DNA of 64,000 nucleotides from the NCBI GenBank assembly GCA_964016885.1, contig OZ024742.1, forward strand, positions 213,218,001 through 213,282,000, in the 5' to 3' direction. Position numbers and translations under genes: made by a program. Numbering within the stretch: position 1 is the stretch's first letter; the number at the start of each line of letters is the position of its first letter. The notes beneath the pieces are model-generated. The model searched no databases. It was given only the letters and a program-made list of their open reading frames with translations, and was not told the DNA's origin. This document shows positions 13,030-25,262 of the stretch, piece by piece. This DNA is from Eledone cirrhosa. Its lineage: Eukaryota.

Positions 13030-13033
<4 letters not shown>
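12599..13033. mobile_element. Fold-back PLE terminal-repeat (pLTR) remnant between (TA)n tracts
   Basis: Arms about 12663-12839 and 12858-13033; same sequence as the 3' region of the PLE at 58988-59243. Confidence 0.9.
12963..13000 (+). ncRNA. Minimal type I hammerhead ribozyme, intact core
   Basis: CGAG-CTGAGGA-TCCGCTAAGGT-GAAA-CAATTG-TT-CTCG; palindromic stem III; mutated mirror copy at 12697-12734(-). Confidence 0.88.
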
Positions 13034-13064
<31 letters not shown>

Positions 13065-13711
13065 TTAATACAATAACAGAGATAGTTTAAAGCTAATCTC
13101 TGACTGGTAACCATCTCACTCAACAAACATTAGGTTATATTTTAATATAAACCCAATTTAAGTGTTTGGGGTGCTAACAATATGTATTATGTGGAAAAGC
13201 CAGTTGTATTATTTTATGAGATATAATTAAAGTTAAAATATATCTCTCTTTCCAAACAATTGTTTCATTGTAAGTTTTCTACAATCTCGGAGAATATTTC
13301 CAGTTTATGTAGAAGCCTAAAATACATTCATGTTAGAATATATTTAGGTGGGCGTTTATAAATCATCAGTGGAAGCCCATTTAACTTTGATATAAGAAAA
13401 AAAATTTTCTTACCAAAGTTAAAATTCGTGTCTGTTTAAGTTGCTCCTTCCCGCATCGAATGACCGGCAAATTTGAAATTCCAGCAGTTTTTGACTGAGG
13501 AAGTATTATAGGAACAGGTATGACTCCGACGGCAGAGCTCAAGCCGTTTCGACGGCTATTTCTGGATTAAATAAGAATTTTTAGCCTGGTAAATAAATAT
13601 ATATATATATATGTATGTATGCATATAAAATGTAGATTCGTGAGTTGTCTCGGGGCGTTACCATAGTTAAAAAGGTACTCAATGCATTGGTAGAATATAG
13701 GCATCTTTATT

Positions 13712-14150
13712 CTACAAGGTGCAATTAGGAAGTTTTGAGACTTCTTCAGGAAAGATATTTATTAATTTCAAAGAGGTATGAAGCTCTAATATCTTTCAAA
13801 TTAGGATCCTCTGAATTCAATGCACTTTTAGTGCTCCAACCACTTCTTGGAGGTCTTATGGAGGTCCTTCAATGTGAAGGGCTTCAGGACCATTGAACAG
13901 CCCCCTTCACCTGGTTAATACCTTCAAAACAACTTCCCCTGAGGTTTTCTTTCTGCTTGGGGAACAACCAAATGTCACAGGGTGCTAGGTCTGGATGGTA
14001 GAGAGGGTGAGGGACAGTTTTGATGCTCATCTCTATCTTTCTGTGTGTCACTGAGCAGCCTGAGAACCAACTCTTCATACATTTGGCGCATGTTCAGATC
14101 TTCATGAATAATACTGTGGACAGTGTAACCCCAACTCAAAGCGTATGCTT
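13712..14150 (-). mobile_element. Tc1/mariner transposase relic
   Basis: VPHPLYHPDLAPCDIWLFPK matches the mariner HPPYSPDLAPSDF motif. Confidence 0.85.
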
Positions 14151-14289
14151 ATTGTCTTTAAAAACACACAACAATCTTCATTCATTAGTAGAGAAAAGCA
14201 ATGAAGAATGACATGATGCTGAATAAAAACAAAAACAATATATACAAACGCACACACGCCGACCACAACTAAATATGGAATGATACGCG

Positions 14290-15190
14290 ATGGGGCTCCA
14301 CCACATCCCCGGCGGTCAGAATGGAGAAGGCGTTTCCCTGGAGGACAGCAAGGGAGACGCGCTTGAAAAGCCACTCCAACTCGTGGGGCTCACAACTGCC
14401 GCTGGCCAGCTCAGCGCCTATGGTGGTGAGTAGGGAGGTAGCCCTAGGGCCAAGGACACCAGAAGTCTCCATTGCCAGGGGTCCAACCGCAAACGTGTCG
14501 GAGAGCGACCGGTATTTGAGGAGTTTAGCCTCCTCAGCCCAATGTGCAGCAGAACCCAGGTTGCGGCTGCAGAAAGTGTCGGTGCAGGTGGCATCCCAGA
14601 CGAGAGGTTTGCCACCGCGGAACGGGAAGATAGTCATGCCATCTGGCCTTTAGCCGGCTCCTCGGTCCAGCCCACCGGCTCGAACTGGGAGGGGAAGCCT
14701 GCAGCGTCCAAGCCATGCTTTATGACCTCGTTGATGGCAGCATGGCGTGGAAGGCGGCCGGCACTGTGGCGACAGGAAAGCGGGTGGACGCCGAACGGGT
14801 CCACGATGGAATCCGCAGCGACATTGGTGTGGCTCGCAGATCCGGAGGCCGAGTCTCAAGGAAACGCCAATGCACAGGCTATTATTGTCTAGCTGCCTGG
14901 GAGAAGGAGGAGGGACATCTACTCGGCTGAGTCCCAGCCGGTCCCGCGTCTCACATGCGGCCCCACGTTCTCTGAACACAGAGGGTTCTATTGTGTTTTG
15001 GAGAACCCTGTTGACGAGGATGCGGCACGAGGTTACCGGCGAAAGATACGCCGGCAAAGCCAGTGAGATCGGGGACCGGAGGCCAAGGCCGCCATACCTG
15101 ACAAGAAAATTGTGAATTTTCTCAACTAACGTTGATATTCTAACGTCCCTTCCCACCCACACCTCTCTCATTGTCTCTCTCACTTCCTCT
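14290..15190 (-). mobile_element. CRE-clade non-LTR retrotransposon, zinc knuckle and restriction-like endonuclease region, frameshifted
   Basis: LRLGLRICEPHQCRCG; RPDGMTIFPFRGGKPLVWDATCTDT; PLAMETSGVLGP; LFKRVSLAVLQGNA. Confidence 0.88.
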
Positions 15191-15260
15191 CTACAGTGCT
15201 CAGCTCATACAAGTTAATTCATAAGCAGTCTGAAGCATCTCAAGTTTCTGTAGCATTTTT

Positions 15261-15593
15261 GCCCCGTGCATTACTGGTACTTTATTTTATCGACACCGTA
15301 ACGAGGAAAGTTAACCTCGGCAGGATTTCAACTCGTAATTCTATGCTGCAAAGCATGGCGTCCGACCCTCTACTGATACTGACAATCCACCAGCTAGTAT
15401 GAAATAATTGTTTCTACTTTTGGCATAAGGCCAGCAATTATTCCAGTGCATTACTCGTATTTAATTTTGTCGACTCCGTAAGGATGAAAGGCAAAGTTAA
15501 CCTCGGCGGGATTTGAACTCAGAATGGAAAGGGCCGTAACTCTATGCTGGAAAGCATGGCGTCCGACCCTATACCGATACTGCCAATCCACCG
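15261..15593 (-). mobile_element. SINE family A tandem pair (15261-15391, 15403-15593)
   Basis: Matches family A consensus. Confidence 0.9.
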
Positions 15594-15858
15594 AACAGTT
15601 TTATTCCTATAATATATCTCATAACGTCCGAAACACAACGCTTGTAAATATGATTACTTCTTATAATATAATTATTATTTTCCACCTTAGGGAGATTTTT
15701 ACCCATTTGTTATTCCTAATGAGCTTGATGAACACTTATTAATTAATCAAAATCATGGATTATATTTTTCCTTTAGTGAAACGCACATAGAATATAAAAA
15801 TATATAGTTTTTTCGTCTGTGTAAATGAGGTGATTAATCTCATTTGCAAAATTGAATA

Positions 15859-16271
15859 GAATTAGAATTTAACTTCGTACAAAGCTGTATACAAATATGT
15901 ATTTGAATTTCGTATTTCTAACGAAATACGGTGTGTTTATAAATAAACATTCTGAAAACCATAGCTATGCATAATACGGGCAGCCAACGCCACTGAGCGG
16001 CGTTCGACAGAAGCAAGGGAGACAAATGATGCAAAAGTCCGGCAGTTGCAAGAGCGGGAAAGGCCGTCCTGACGAACACCAGTTGCGTTCGAAATGCATC
16101 GACGGTTGTCCCCCTTGCTTCTGCCGAACACCACTCGGTGGCGTTGGCTGCCAGTGTTATTCATCGACATGACTTTCAGAATGCTTATTTATAAACATAT
16201 CATATTTCTTTAGAAATACGAAATTCAAATACATATTTCTATACAGCTATGTTCGAAGCTAAATTCTAATT
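15859..16271. mobile_element. About 410-bp fold-back element with a hammerhead in the loop
   Basis: 15859-15957 pairs with 16174-16271; 15979-16025 pairs with 16106-16152. Confidence 0.85.
16064..16105 (+). ncRNA. Type I hammerhead ribozyme motif, intact core
   Basis: CCGTC-CTGACGA-ACAC CAGTT GCGT TC-GAAA-TGCA-TC-GACGG; stem II imperfect. Confidence 0.75.
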
Positions 16272-17014
16272 TTATTATATATATACATATATATATTAGA
16301 AAATGAGGTTTTTTTTAAACAAAATGAAAAATAACCGAGGTGTCCTACACGAGTGAAAGTATAAAGAAAAAAGATGAAATCGAAAATGCAACTGGTGTCT
16401 TATTTAAAAAAAAAAAAAATATTTATTTGGTTCCTTTACCGGTTTCGCAGTTCTTCTGTTTTTCAAAAGTAGAGATGAGATGGAGGGTCTGTGGTTTTTC
16501 TCACATCTGCGTAGCAGCAGCGTTGAGATTTGATAAATAAGCTATACCCTAATGTGGATCTTATTCCAGATTTGTAGAGTCATGTACCGATGACGACTGT
16601 AATATTGTTTGATCTTAAAGAGAAATGATAGTTCTTGTGATGTAGTTTAGACAATGTGGTATATGGGAAGGTGCTATAAGAGATCACCTTTAAAAAATGA
16701 GGTGGAGGTAGATTATTTGTAAAGACGATAATGGTTTTAAATGTGTGCTATTTATAGCTACATCGGTTTCCATCGGGTGTAATAATTGAATCTACGTGCT
16801 TTTGAAAGAAACAATGTTGGCATGTTCACATAGAAGTATGTTGGCAAGGTGACTATTCATGGATATAGTGTATGTTTGTCATAAGATATACCTCAACAAT
16901 ATAACGTTTGAGAAAAGAGGGAGATCTATCATGCAGAAATAATACTTCTCTCCGTTTTATGTGATATAACTTAAGAATTGTAAAATTAGTCAGTCACCAT
17001 ATATATATCAGTCA

Positions 17015-17058
<44 letters not shown>

Positions 17059-17170
17059 TAAAAGGAATTCCAACTTTGTCTGATTTACTCGTTTTATTTA
17101 CAATCCTTTAAAATTTATAATGGTATTAGAATGAAATAGTATGGTAGAATATTAAATGTTAAGTGTTAAT

Positions 17171-17209
17171 TGAACAAGTACTTTCATGCTTTCGCAATCT
17201 TCAGGTTCA
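17171..17209 (-). ncRNA. Minimal type I hammerhead ribozyme, intact core
   Basis: TGAAC-CTGAAGA-T TGC GAAA GCA T-GAAA-GTAC-TT-GTTCA; flanked by a 22-bp inverted repeat at 17053-17074 / 17247-17268. Confidence 0.9.
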
Positions 17210-17301
17210 TATTGTGTGGTGACAGTCAAGTTTGAAATTTTCAACTGTTGGAATTCCTTTTATTAATATAATCTTCTATACACAATCATACACACCCGTG
17301 T

Positions 17302-17469
<168 letters not shown>

Positions 17470-17635
17470 GAAATAATAAAAGGACGATCTGTTAAGTCTT
17501 CATTACGTTTATTGGTTGGTGACGCACGTTTAGCTATTGATCAACTCAAAATTCGATCCGTATCGAACTAGCCTGACTCTGGAATCAAAAGCTCGTCGGA
17601 CCTCTGCTTATAATGACCGAATGAACCACAGCAGA

Positions 17636-17720
17636 GGTCCGATGAGCTTTCGATTCCAGAGTCGGGCCAGATCGATACAGATCGAACCTTGAGCTGATCA
17701 ATAGCGAAACGCGCGTCACC
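17636..17720 (+). ncRNA. Hammerhead motif with CCGATGA (U4C) core and long stem II
   Basis: GGT-CCGATGA-GCTTTCGAT..ATCAATAGC-GAAA-CGCGCG-TC-ACC; mirror copy 17518-17602(-) has CCGACGA and TAAA. Confidence 0.7.
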
Positions 17721-17778
17721 AACCAATGAACGTAATGAAGATAACACATCGTCCTTTTATTATTATATTTACACAGTA

Positions 17779-17972
17779 GGGCGGTGGATTGGCAGTATCG
17801 GTAGAGGGTCGGACGCCATGCTTCGACGTATAGAGTTACGGCCCTTTCCATTCCGAGTTCAAATCCTGCCGAGGTTAACTTTGCCTTTCATCCTTACGGG
17901 GTCGATAACATAAAGTACCAGTAATGCACTGGGTATTTGCTGGCCTTGTGCCAAAAAGTAGAAACAATTATT
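17779..17972 (+). mobile_element. SINE family A with 14-bp target-site duplication (TSD)
   Basis: TATTATATTTACAC at 17761-17774 and 17969-17982. Confidence 0.92.
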
Positions 17973-18090
17973 ATATTTACACTCCGTTTAGCTCTACACC
18001 TCGTTACAGAAGTGAATCTAAGCATTGAGTGCTCACTTGGGTGAACCTACAGTAACTGCACGTTACACTCCATATATATATATATATATC

Positions 18091-18147
<57 letters not shown>

Positions 18148-20217
18148 CGAAAGAAAGACTTTTATATCCCACACAGCCTATCAAATTATACTTTAAACAA
18201 ATACCAATTTGAGCCACCTTTCTGCATTTCGAGTGTAGCTCGTATTTTTGGCGTTTCAAGGGAGCCAGACAAACAAAGGAAACATGCCGCAACTTATATT
18301 AATAGATGAAATATTTATGAGTTTCGCCATTTTGTCATCAGTAATCATGAGTGGATATAGGAAATTTCATAGGAGGAATCCTTTATTTATTGACAATAAA
18401 TATCTAATAAACGAAATACCAATTGTTACTGCGTTCTCTTAAGTCTATGGTGTGTAATTTGTGAGTTCCTGTGGTCATTTTTTCCTTGTATTGAAATGAT
18501 TTATTTCACAATGTCTTGTTGATTGTAAGTGGTGACTGACTAATTTTACAATTCTTAAGTTATATCACATAAAACGGAGAGAAGTATTATTTCTGCATGA
18601 TAGATCTCCCTCTTTTCTCAAACGTTATATTGTTGAAGTATATCTTATGACAAACATACACTATATCCATGAATAGTCACCTTGCCAACATACTTCTATG
18701 TGAACATGCCAACATTGTTTCTTTCAAAAGCACGTAGATTAAATTATTACACCCGATGGAAACCGATGTAGCACACATTTAAAACCATTATCGTCTTTAC
18801 AAATAATCTACCTCCACCTCATTTTTTAAAGGTGATCTCTCATGGCACCTTCCCATATACCACATTGTCTAAACTACATCACAAGAACTATCATTTCTCT
18901 TTAAGATCAAACAATATTACAGTCGTCATCGGTGCATGACTCTACAAATCTGGAATAAGATCCACATTAGTGTATAGCTTATTTATCCAATCTCAACGCT
19001 GCTGCTACGCAAAAAAAACATAAACTCATTCAAAACCAAACCATTCAATTGATTGGAAAGATGTCACACACCAATTTGTTACGAACACTAACTTACAGAT
19101 ATGCTGTTTCTTCTTGTTACTTCTTCTGTCCTTACAGCAATAGCCTCTTTTCCTCTAAAATATCTGTTACTTGCATATCTTCTCTACACAGGCTCACTCT
19201 TTCAAACCATCTCACTTTTTCATGTCTCTTTACCGTGTTTCTTCCCTGACCTCTCACTAAACAGTTACCCAATCCTCTTTACACAGATGTCATCCTCTTG
19301 GCATTCTCTCAGATTCAATGGTTTCCCAAGGACACTAACCAGCAGATGTTCAAGCTGAAATCAGCCTAAGCTACCAGCCAGGGAGCAATAATAATGTGCA
19401 CTACGTAGCCTCCTTTGCTTAACAAAGTAAAATCTGTTGACTCCCATAAGCTCCAATCTAAAGCCATTTCTCTTCACTAACAATCTCAGCCTCTATACAT
19501 TTGTAATTATTTACAGAAACAAAAAATCAATATGTAAAACTTTCCCGAAGAAACATCAGTCTTTTAGAATTACTCGATTCTAATTTCAATCAACAGTTTT
19601 AATTTCTAAACGATTTATTTTCTTAATTATTTAGATTTATTTATTTAATTATTTGTTGAACATTTTTAGATGTTGAATGAGCTGGTAGTTTGTTTGTGTT
19701 TTCTTAGCAGAAAGTTATTAGCTTGTACAACATATTGTTTTCATTCGTATTCAAGCATGGGATATGGTTATATAATTTTGTAATAAGAATAGACTGCTTT
19801 CATGCTCTTATGTAAGTGGTAAGTACCTAAATTAACTATACAATTTCTCGAACAAAACACTCTGTCTACATCTTGATATCGTTATGTAAACTGCAATACG
19901 GATTAGTATTTTGTTTGTGCAGTCTATATATTTTCCTGTTTTATATTCCATATATAACAACAAATCATCCCACGTATAGAAACATATCTTATTGCTATGT
20001 TAATTCATATATAAATCATTATAAAAATTTAAAAAGTCAACGAGTAGAAATTGCTTAAGCATTGAGCAAAAGATGGAAATATTCTTATCTTGTTAATTAG
20101 ACTAAATCGATAGATTTTTATGATAACAATCTCTTCGTCAAAGGAAATTTCATGACTGCACTAATTATTGCTTGAAAGGAAACCTATCCATTAATATTCA
20201 ATGAAATCTTTAACGCA

Positions 20218-20220
<3 letters not shown>

Positions 20221-20311
<91 letters not shown>

Positions 20312-20333
20312 ACTGCTCCTGCTGCTGCTGCTA
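20221..20333. repeat. (TAC)n/(TGC)n trinucleotide microsatellite
   Basis: Direct reading. Confidence 0.95.
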
Positions 20334-22460
20334 CTTCGCGAATGAAAGATAAGCCACCTCTTAGATGGGACATTTGACTATCGAAAGCAACTACTTTTCC
20401 TAGAATACTCGGCCCTTAATCTCCTATTAGATAAACATAGATAGTTTTCTAAGAGGGAGAGTATTTTCAGGATAGTGTTGTAATTAGCTGGAGTGTTGCC
20501 GATGTGTCTATGTGTTTCTGTGTGACATGATATGAACAACATCCTCTCCGCATATCCAGGGGGCTATGGACATCAGCCTTTTTTAAACATCCACTTTCAG
20601 TTGGTTTGTTTCATTGGGTAACTGGTTGTTGCTGTTGTTTTTATTTAGCCCCAGTTTAACCCTGATGAAGCAGACACCCATCTTCCCTGTGTACAGAGAA
20701 CACCTAATCACATTACCTAACATGAAGGTGGTGTGTGATTTGCAGGATGTTTATTTGTTATTTCGAGGAGTTTGAGTAACTTCGTTGGCTATAGGTATAC
20801 GGATGATGTGTGACTACAGGCTAAAATTATTCGAAGTACGTTGGTTTCTGGGGGTGCGTTTTCGTATTTGATTCTAGAAATATTAAAGTCTCAGACTGGA
20901 ATGGTATAATCTATTGTTTTGATGTTTCTAAGATTTGGACAAATGTAGTAGCTTTGAGTACCCTTGAAGTGTTTGTACATGGTTTGTTTAAAATGTTTAA
21001 GATGTCATTTGTATGTACTATGAATGTTGTAGAGAAATCTGTGTATGAGTACATCTTTTTGTAAGTATGGTATTTGATTGTATTTTATATTATTTGCAGT
21101 TGCTAGAAAGAAGCAAGATGATTTTTGGGTGTTGTATAGTGAGGGCACGCGGATTAGTGATTAAAGAATTGGATTCAGAAACGTGAGGTTGTGAGTTCGC
21201 TTCCCGGGCCGGGCGGTGCTTTGCGTCCCTGAGCAAGATACTTTATTTAACGAAGTTTTAAAGCTTCAAGTCGTTAGACGACTAGGTTTGCTCCATAGAT
21301 TTCTATTTTCGAATATAATCGTTAATTGAAGGCCAGATACCGTTTAACAAGTAATGGTTAATTGCATGTGGTGTAATGCAGAAGTGTAAACATGTTTACT
21401 TCCTCCACTGTCCAACATGTTTCTGCTTGCTTGTCTGTCTGTTTATCTGTTTGTCAGTATGTATGTAGATTCTGATGATAGCTACATAATAAGGAAGCAA
21501 AGTGAACTCGGTCATCTGTTTTTGTTGTTGTTGTTTTAGGGACTAGCTCCGAGTCGGTTCTGATCGATCAGAAAAATGATAAAATGATAAAAGGCATTCC
21601 AGGTGTGAAAAACAACCTTTATTAGGGTCAGTGTTCCACAGACAACATGATTCGTTGTTTTCTTCTTTTGAAGATGGTAGTGCGCGATTTGGAGGAGATT
21701 TGTTTGCTATTTCTAGCATTTAAATACTCCCTTGTGCGATCATCATTTTCTATTTTGTATGTATCGTCCCTTCGGTAGTTGCTGTGAAAATGCGATAAGT
21801 TCGTTATTTATATTCAGCGTGGGCCTATGAAAATAACATGGCTTCGCTCACATCTTTTGTTACATTTTGCGGTTTCTTTATGTGATTATAGATTTTCTTT
21901 TGTCTGTTTATGCATACTAATTGTTGTTGTGGAACACTAGGTCAGCTGTGATGCACCAAACCTCTGAGCAAAAGCTTTCCAATCATGGCCAGCGTATATC
22001 TTTAGATGTATGTAGGATTACACTCTCTAATGTTTCTCTATTATTTAAGAGAGCGTAGTGTTATCTGGAGAAAACTTGGCTGCTATTTTTACCATGTATA
22101 CTCTCCCTTGTTGACTCATAATTCTACTTCGATCTCTTGTCATTACATTTCGAAGTATCTTGTTTGGAGAATCCAGCGAGTAAAAATAGGAAGGGAGATA
22201 GCTGAATGGTATACATGACATTAATATTCGCTACCTGTATCAACTGACTTTTGAGATACCTGTAGTTGTACAGGGAGGACATGTTACATCTACAGGTATA
22301 TGTCAAATTTATGTGAATAAATACGTGCACAAGGGTATGTGCACGTATGTGTGCAACATTGGTTAGTGACGGAAGATATAAATATCCAAGCTCCCAAAAC
22401 ATGAAACGATCTCTTGATACTCAACCAAAGGCGTAAAATTATAACTAGGATTTACACCAC

Positions 22461-22907
22461 TAATAATTGTTTCTGCTTTTGGCACAAAGCCAGTAATTTT
22501 GGGAGTGGGGAAAGTCGATTAAATCGACCCCAGTACGTTATTGGTGCCTTATTTTATCGACCCCATAAGGATGAAAGGCAAAGTTAGCCTCGGTGGGATT
22601 TCAACTCAGACCGTAAAGGGCCGTAACTCTATGCTCAAAAACATGGTGTCCGCCTCTCTACCGATACTGCCAATCTACCGCCCTATATACCATCAATAAT
22701 AATGGTTTCTTATATAGGCACAAGGCCAGTAATTTGGGGGGAGAGGGAAGTCTATTAAATCGCCCCCAGTGCCTGACTGGTACTTTATTTTATCGACCCC
22801 GTAAGGATGAAAGGCAAAGTTAATCTCAGCGGGATTTGAACTCAGATCATAAAGGGCCATAACTCTATGTTGTCCGACGCTCTACCGATACTGCCAATCG
22901 ACCGCCC
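22461..22907 (-). mobile_element. SINE family A tandem pair (long variant)
   Basis: Two head-to-tail copies, 22461-22683 and 22696-22907, with an extra GGGAAAGTCGATTAAATCGACC-type segment. Confidence 0.9.
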
Positions 22908-23074
22908 TAATACTATCAATAATAATAGAAACGTGTATGTGCATGTGTATATATATATATACACACATATATATGTATGTATATATGTATATATATATGT
23001 GTGTGTGTGTGAGAGAGAGAGTGTGTGTGTGTATGTGTGTATGTATGTGTTTGTTATCCATACACTGTCATTGA

Positions 23075-23267
23075 GGGAGGTGGATTGGCAGTATCGGTAG
23101 AGGGTCGGACGCCATGCTTTGAAGCATAGAGTTACCTCCCTTTATGATCTGAGTTCAAATCCCGCCAAGATTAACTTTGACTTTCATCCTTACGGGGTCA
23201 GTAAAATAAAGTACCAGTAATATATTGGGTTATTGCTGGCCTTGTGCCAAAAGTAGAAACAATTATT
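23075..23267 (+). mobile_element. SINE family A
   Basis: Full head, B box, core and tail. Confidence 0.9.
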
Positions 23268-23668
23268 AGTAACAGTAACAGCAGCAGCAGTAGTCATACT
23301 AGTAGTAGTAGTAGTAGTAGTAGTATATTTTGATGGTAAGGGTGGTAGTAATGATGGGTTACGATGATGGTGGTGTAATTGGTAAAGGCGTTGTCTTATG
23401 TTAAAATCGGTGGAGTGTTTGAACTGCATTCCTGATTTATATTTAGATGAAAGGCTCAAAGGACGCAGTTCTTATTTATTTTACCATATCATTTCTTGTT
23501 TTTTTCTTTCTTGTTTGTTCCTATCCCTAGTTGACATCAACCATGTAAGATAATATTGTTTTTAAGCTTCACAAACTACACACATGAACGCACACACGTG
23601 TACACTGACACACTTACACATATACAGACAAGCATATTTGTGTGTATATATATATACACCACATATAA

Positions 23669-23749
<81 letters not shown>

Positions 23750-23759
23750 CATTTTTGTT

Positions 23760-23810
23760 AGTTTCAGAAGATCCCGTTAAGGGTGAAAGCAGCGATTCTT
23801 TGCTTAAACT
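23760..23810 (+). ncRNA. Hammerhead motif with CAGAAGA (U4A) core, copy 1
   Basis: AGTTT-CAGAAGA-TCCC GTTAA GGGT-GAAA-GCAG CGATTCT TTGC-TT-AAACT. Confidence 0.75.
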
Positions 23811-24390
23811 TTAATCTGTTATTTTAATAAATATTTGCTCTACGGTTCTTATATATTTGATATATATTTTCCTTATCGAGCCCTCTTTGGATTTTAGTCT
23901 TCAATTTTATTATTATTACTATATATATATATATATATATTCACATAAACATACGCACGCACACACAAATATATATGAAAAATTCATCCATTCTGATATA
24001 TATATCTATATATATAAAACTGTGTGTGTGTCCTCATTTTTTGCAAAGTCTATACAAATCCACATTTCTACTCCGATTGACTTCAAACTTCCATTTATAT
24101 ATTCCTTGCGGTCTAAAGATATTAACTGCAGCTTTTATTTTTCAATTTTCTGTTGTTAAAAGGGAGTTAGGCGCCGGTTATCCATCTCCGTAGCGCTCTT
24201 ATAATATCTGTCTATATGTCTGGCTGTCTGCATTACGACATTCTGACGAACATTGATGATGTACTATGTTCGCTATTTTCCGTTCATTACCACGGAACGT
24301 CTTCACGAACCAAAGTATCGTCTTCTTGTTTTCCTTCGGATGCAACGTTTTTCGAAATATTTACTTCTGCGTTCACAGATTGATGTTTTT

Positions 24391-24441
24391 AGTTTCAGAA
24401 GATCCCGTTAAGGGTGAAAGCAACGATTCTTTGCTTAAACT
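24391..24441 (+). ncRNA. Hammerhead motif with CAGAAGA core, copy 2
   Basis: Same as 23760 with perfect stem III GCAA/TTGC; 631 bp downstream. Confidence 0.75.
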
Positions 24442-24759
24442 TTAATCTGTTATTTTAATCTATATATGTAGATATATAAAACTGAGGAAGTATGTATGTA
24501 TGTATGTATGTATGTATATATGTGTGTGTGTGTGTGTGTATCTATATATATATCAGAATGGATATGTTTGGGTGTGTGCATAAACCCCGCCATTTTCCTT
24601 TCTATTTACCTATCATCTTTTCTCCATTACGACCACTATGCTGTATGAAAGTTTCACTTCTCTACCTTTGATTGCCACGATATCTCTTCTTTCTCTCTCT
24701 CTTTATTATACTATTATTATGTCTTGTCTTTTATTATCTCTTTTGGCTTGAAGATAGTA

Positions 24760-25262
24760 TGGTGGATTGGCAGAGACAGTAGAACGTCAGAGAACTGATC
24801 AAATCCCGCAATGTCAAATTTGACCCCCTGACCACATCCCTCCTCACTAATAGCGCGATGTCAACTTTGCTTTCGATCCTTCCGGGATCGATAAATTATC
24901 AGTCAAATACTGGGGTCGATATCATAGACTTTTCCCTTCCTCTAAAATTGTTGGCCTTGTGTAGAAATTAGAAACCATTATTTCTTACTGAATAAGTTTG
25001 GCTCTTTTCGATCCCAGTTCAGATGACGCTATGATCTATATGTCCATAGACATTCTAACCACATGCCCATAGTATCGGGGCTGTGATATCTCAATTCGGA
25101 GATGTAGCGACTCTACTTGGAGTGACTTACGGCCCTTTCCATTCTTAGTTCAAATCCCGCCGAGGTTAACTTTGCCTTTCATCCTTACGGGGTCGATAAA
25201 ATAAAGTACCAGTAATGTACTGGGTAATTGCTAGCCTTGTGCCAAACGTAGAAACAATCATT
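24760..25262 (+). mobile_element. Two SINE family A copies (24760-24981 diverged; 25128-25262 5'-truncated)
   Basis: Family A core and tail. Confidence 0.8.

Larger units (their letters stand above)
17470..18072. mobile_element. Fold-back PLE-terminus-like element with divergent hammerheads, interrupted by a SINE
   Basis: 17470-17608 is the reverse complement of 17630-17765; element resumes after the SINE at 17969. Confidence 0.85.

Noticed and set aside
18313-18345. Minus-strand CTGATGA..GAAA motif
   Set aside because: Stems I-III pair poorly; at most a decayed HHR
21467-21517. CTGATGA..GAACTCGGTC motif
   Set aside because: GAAA missing and stem II irregular
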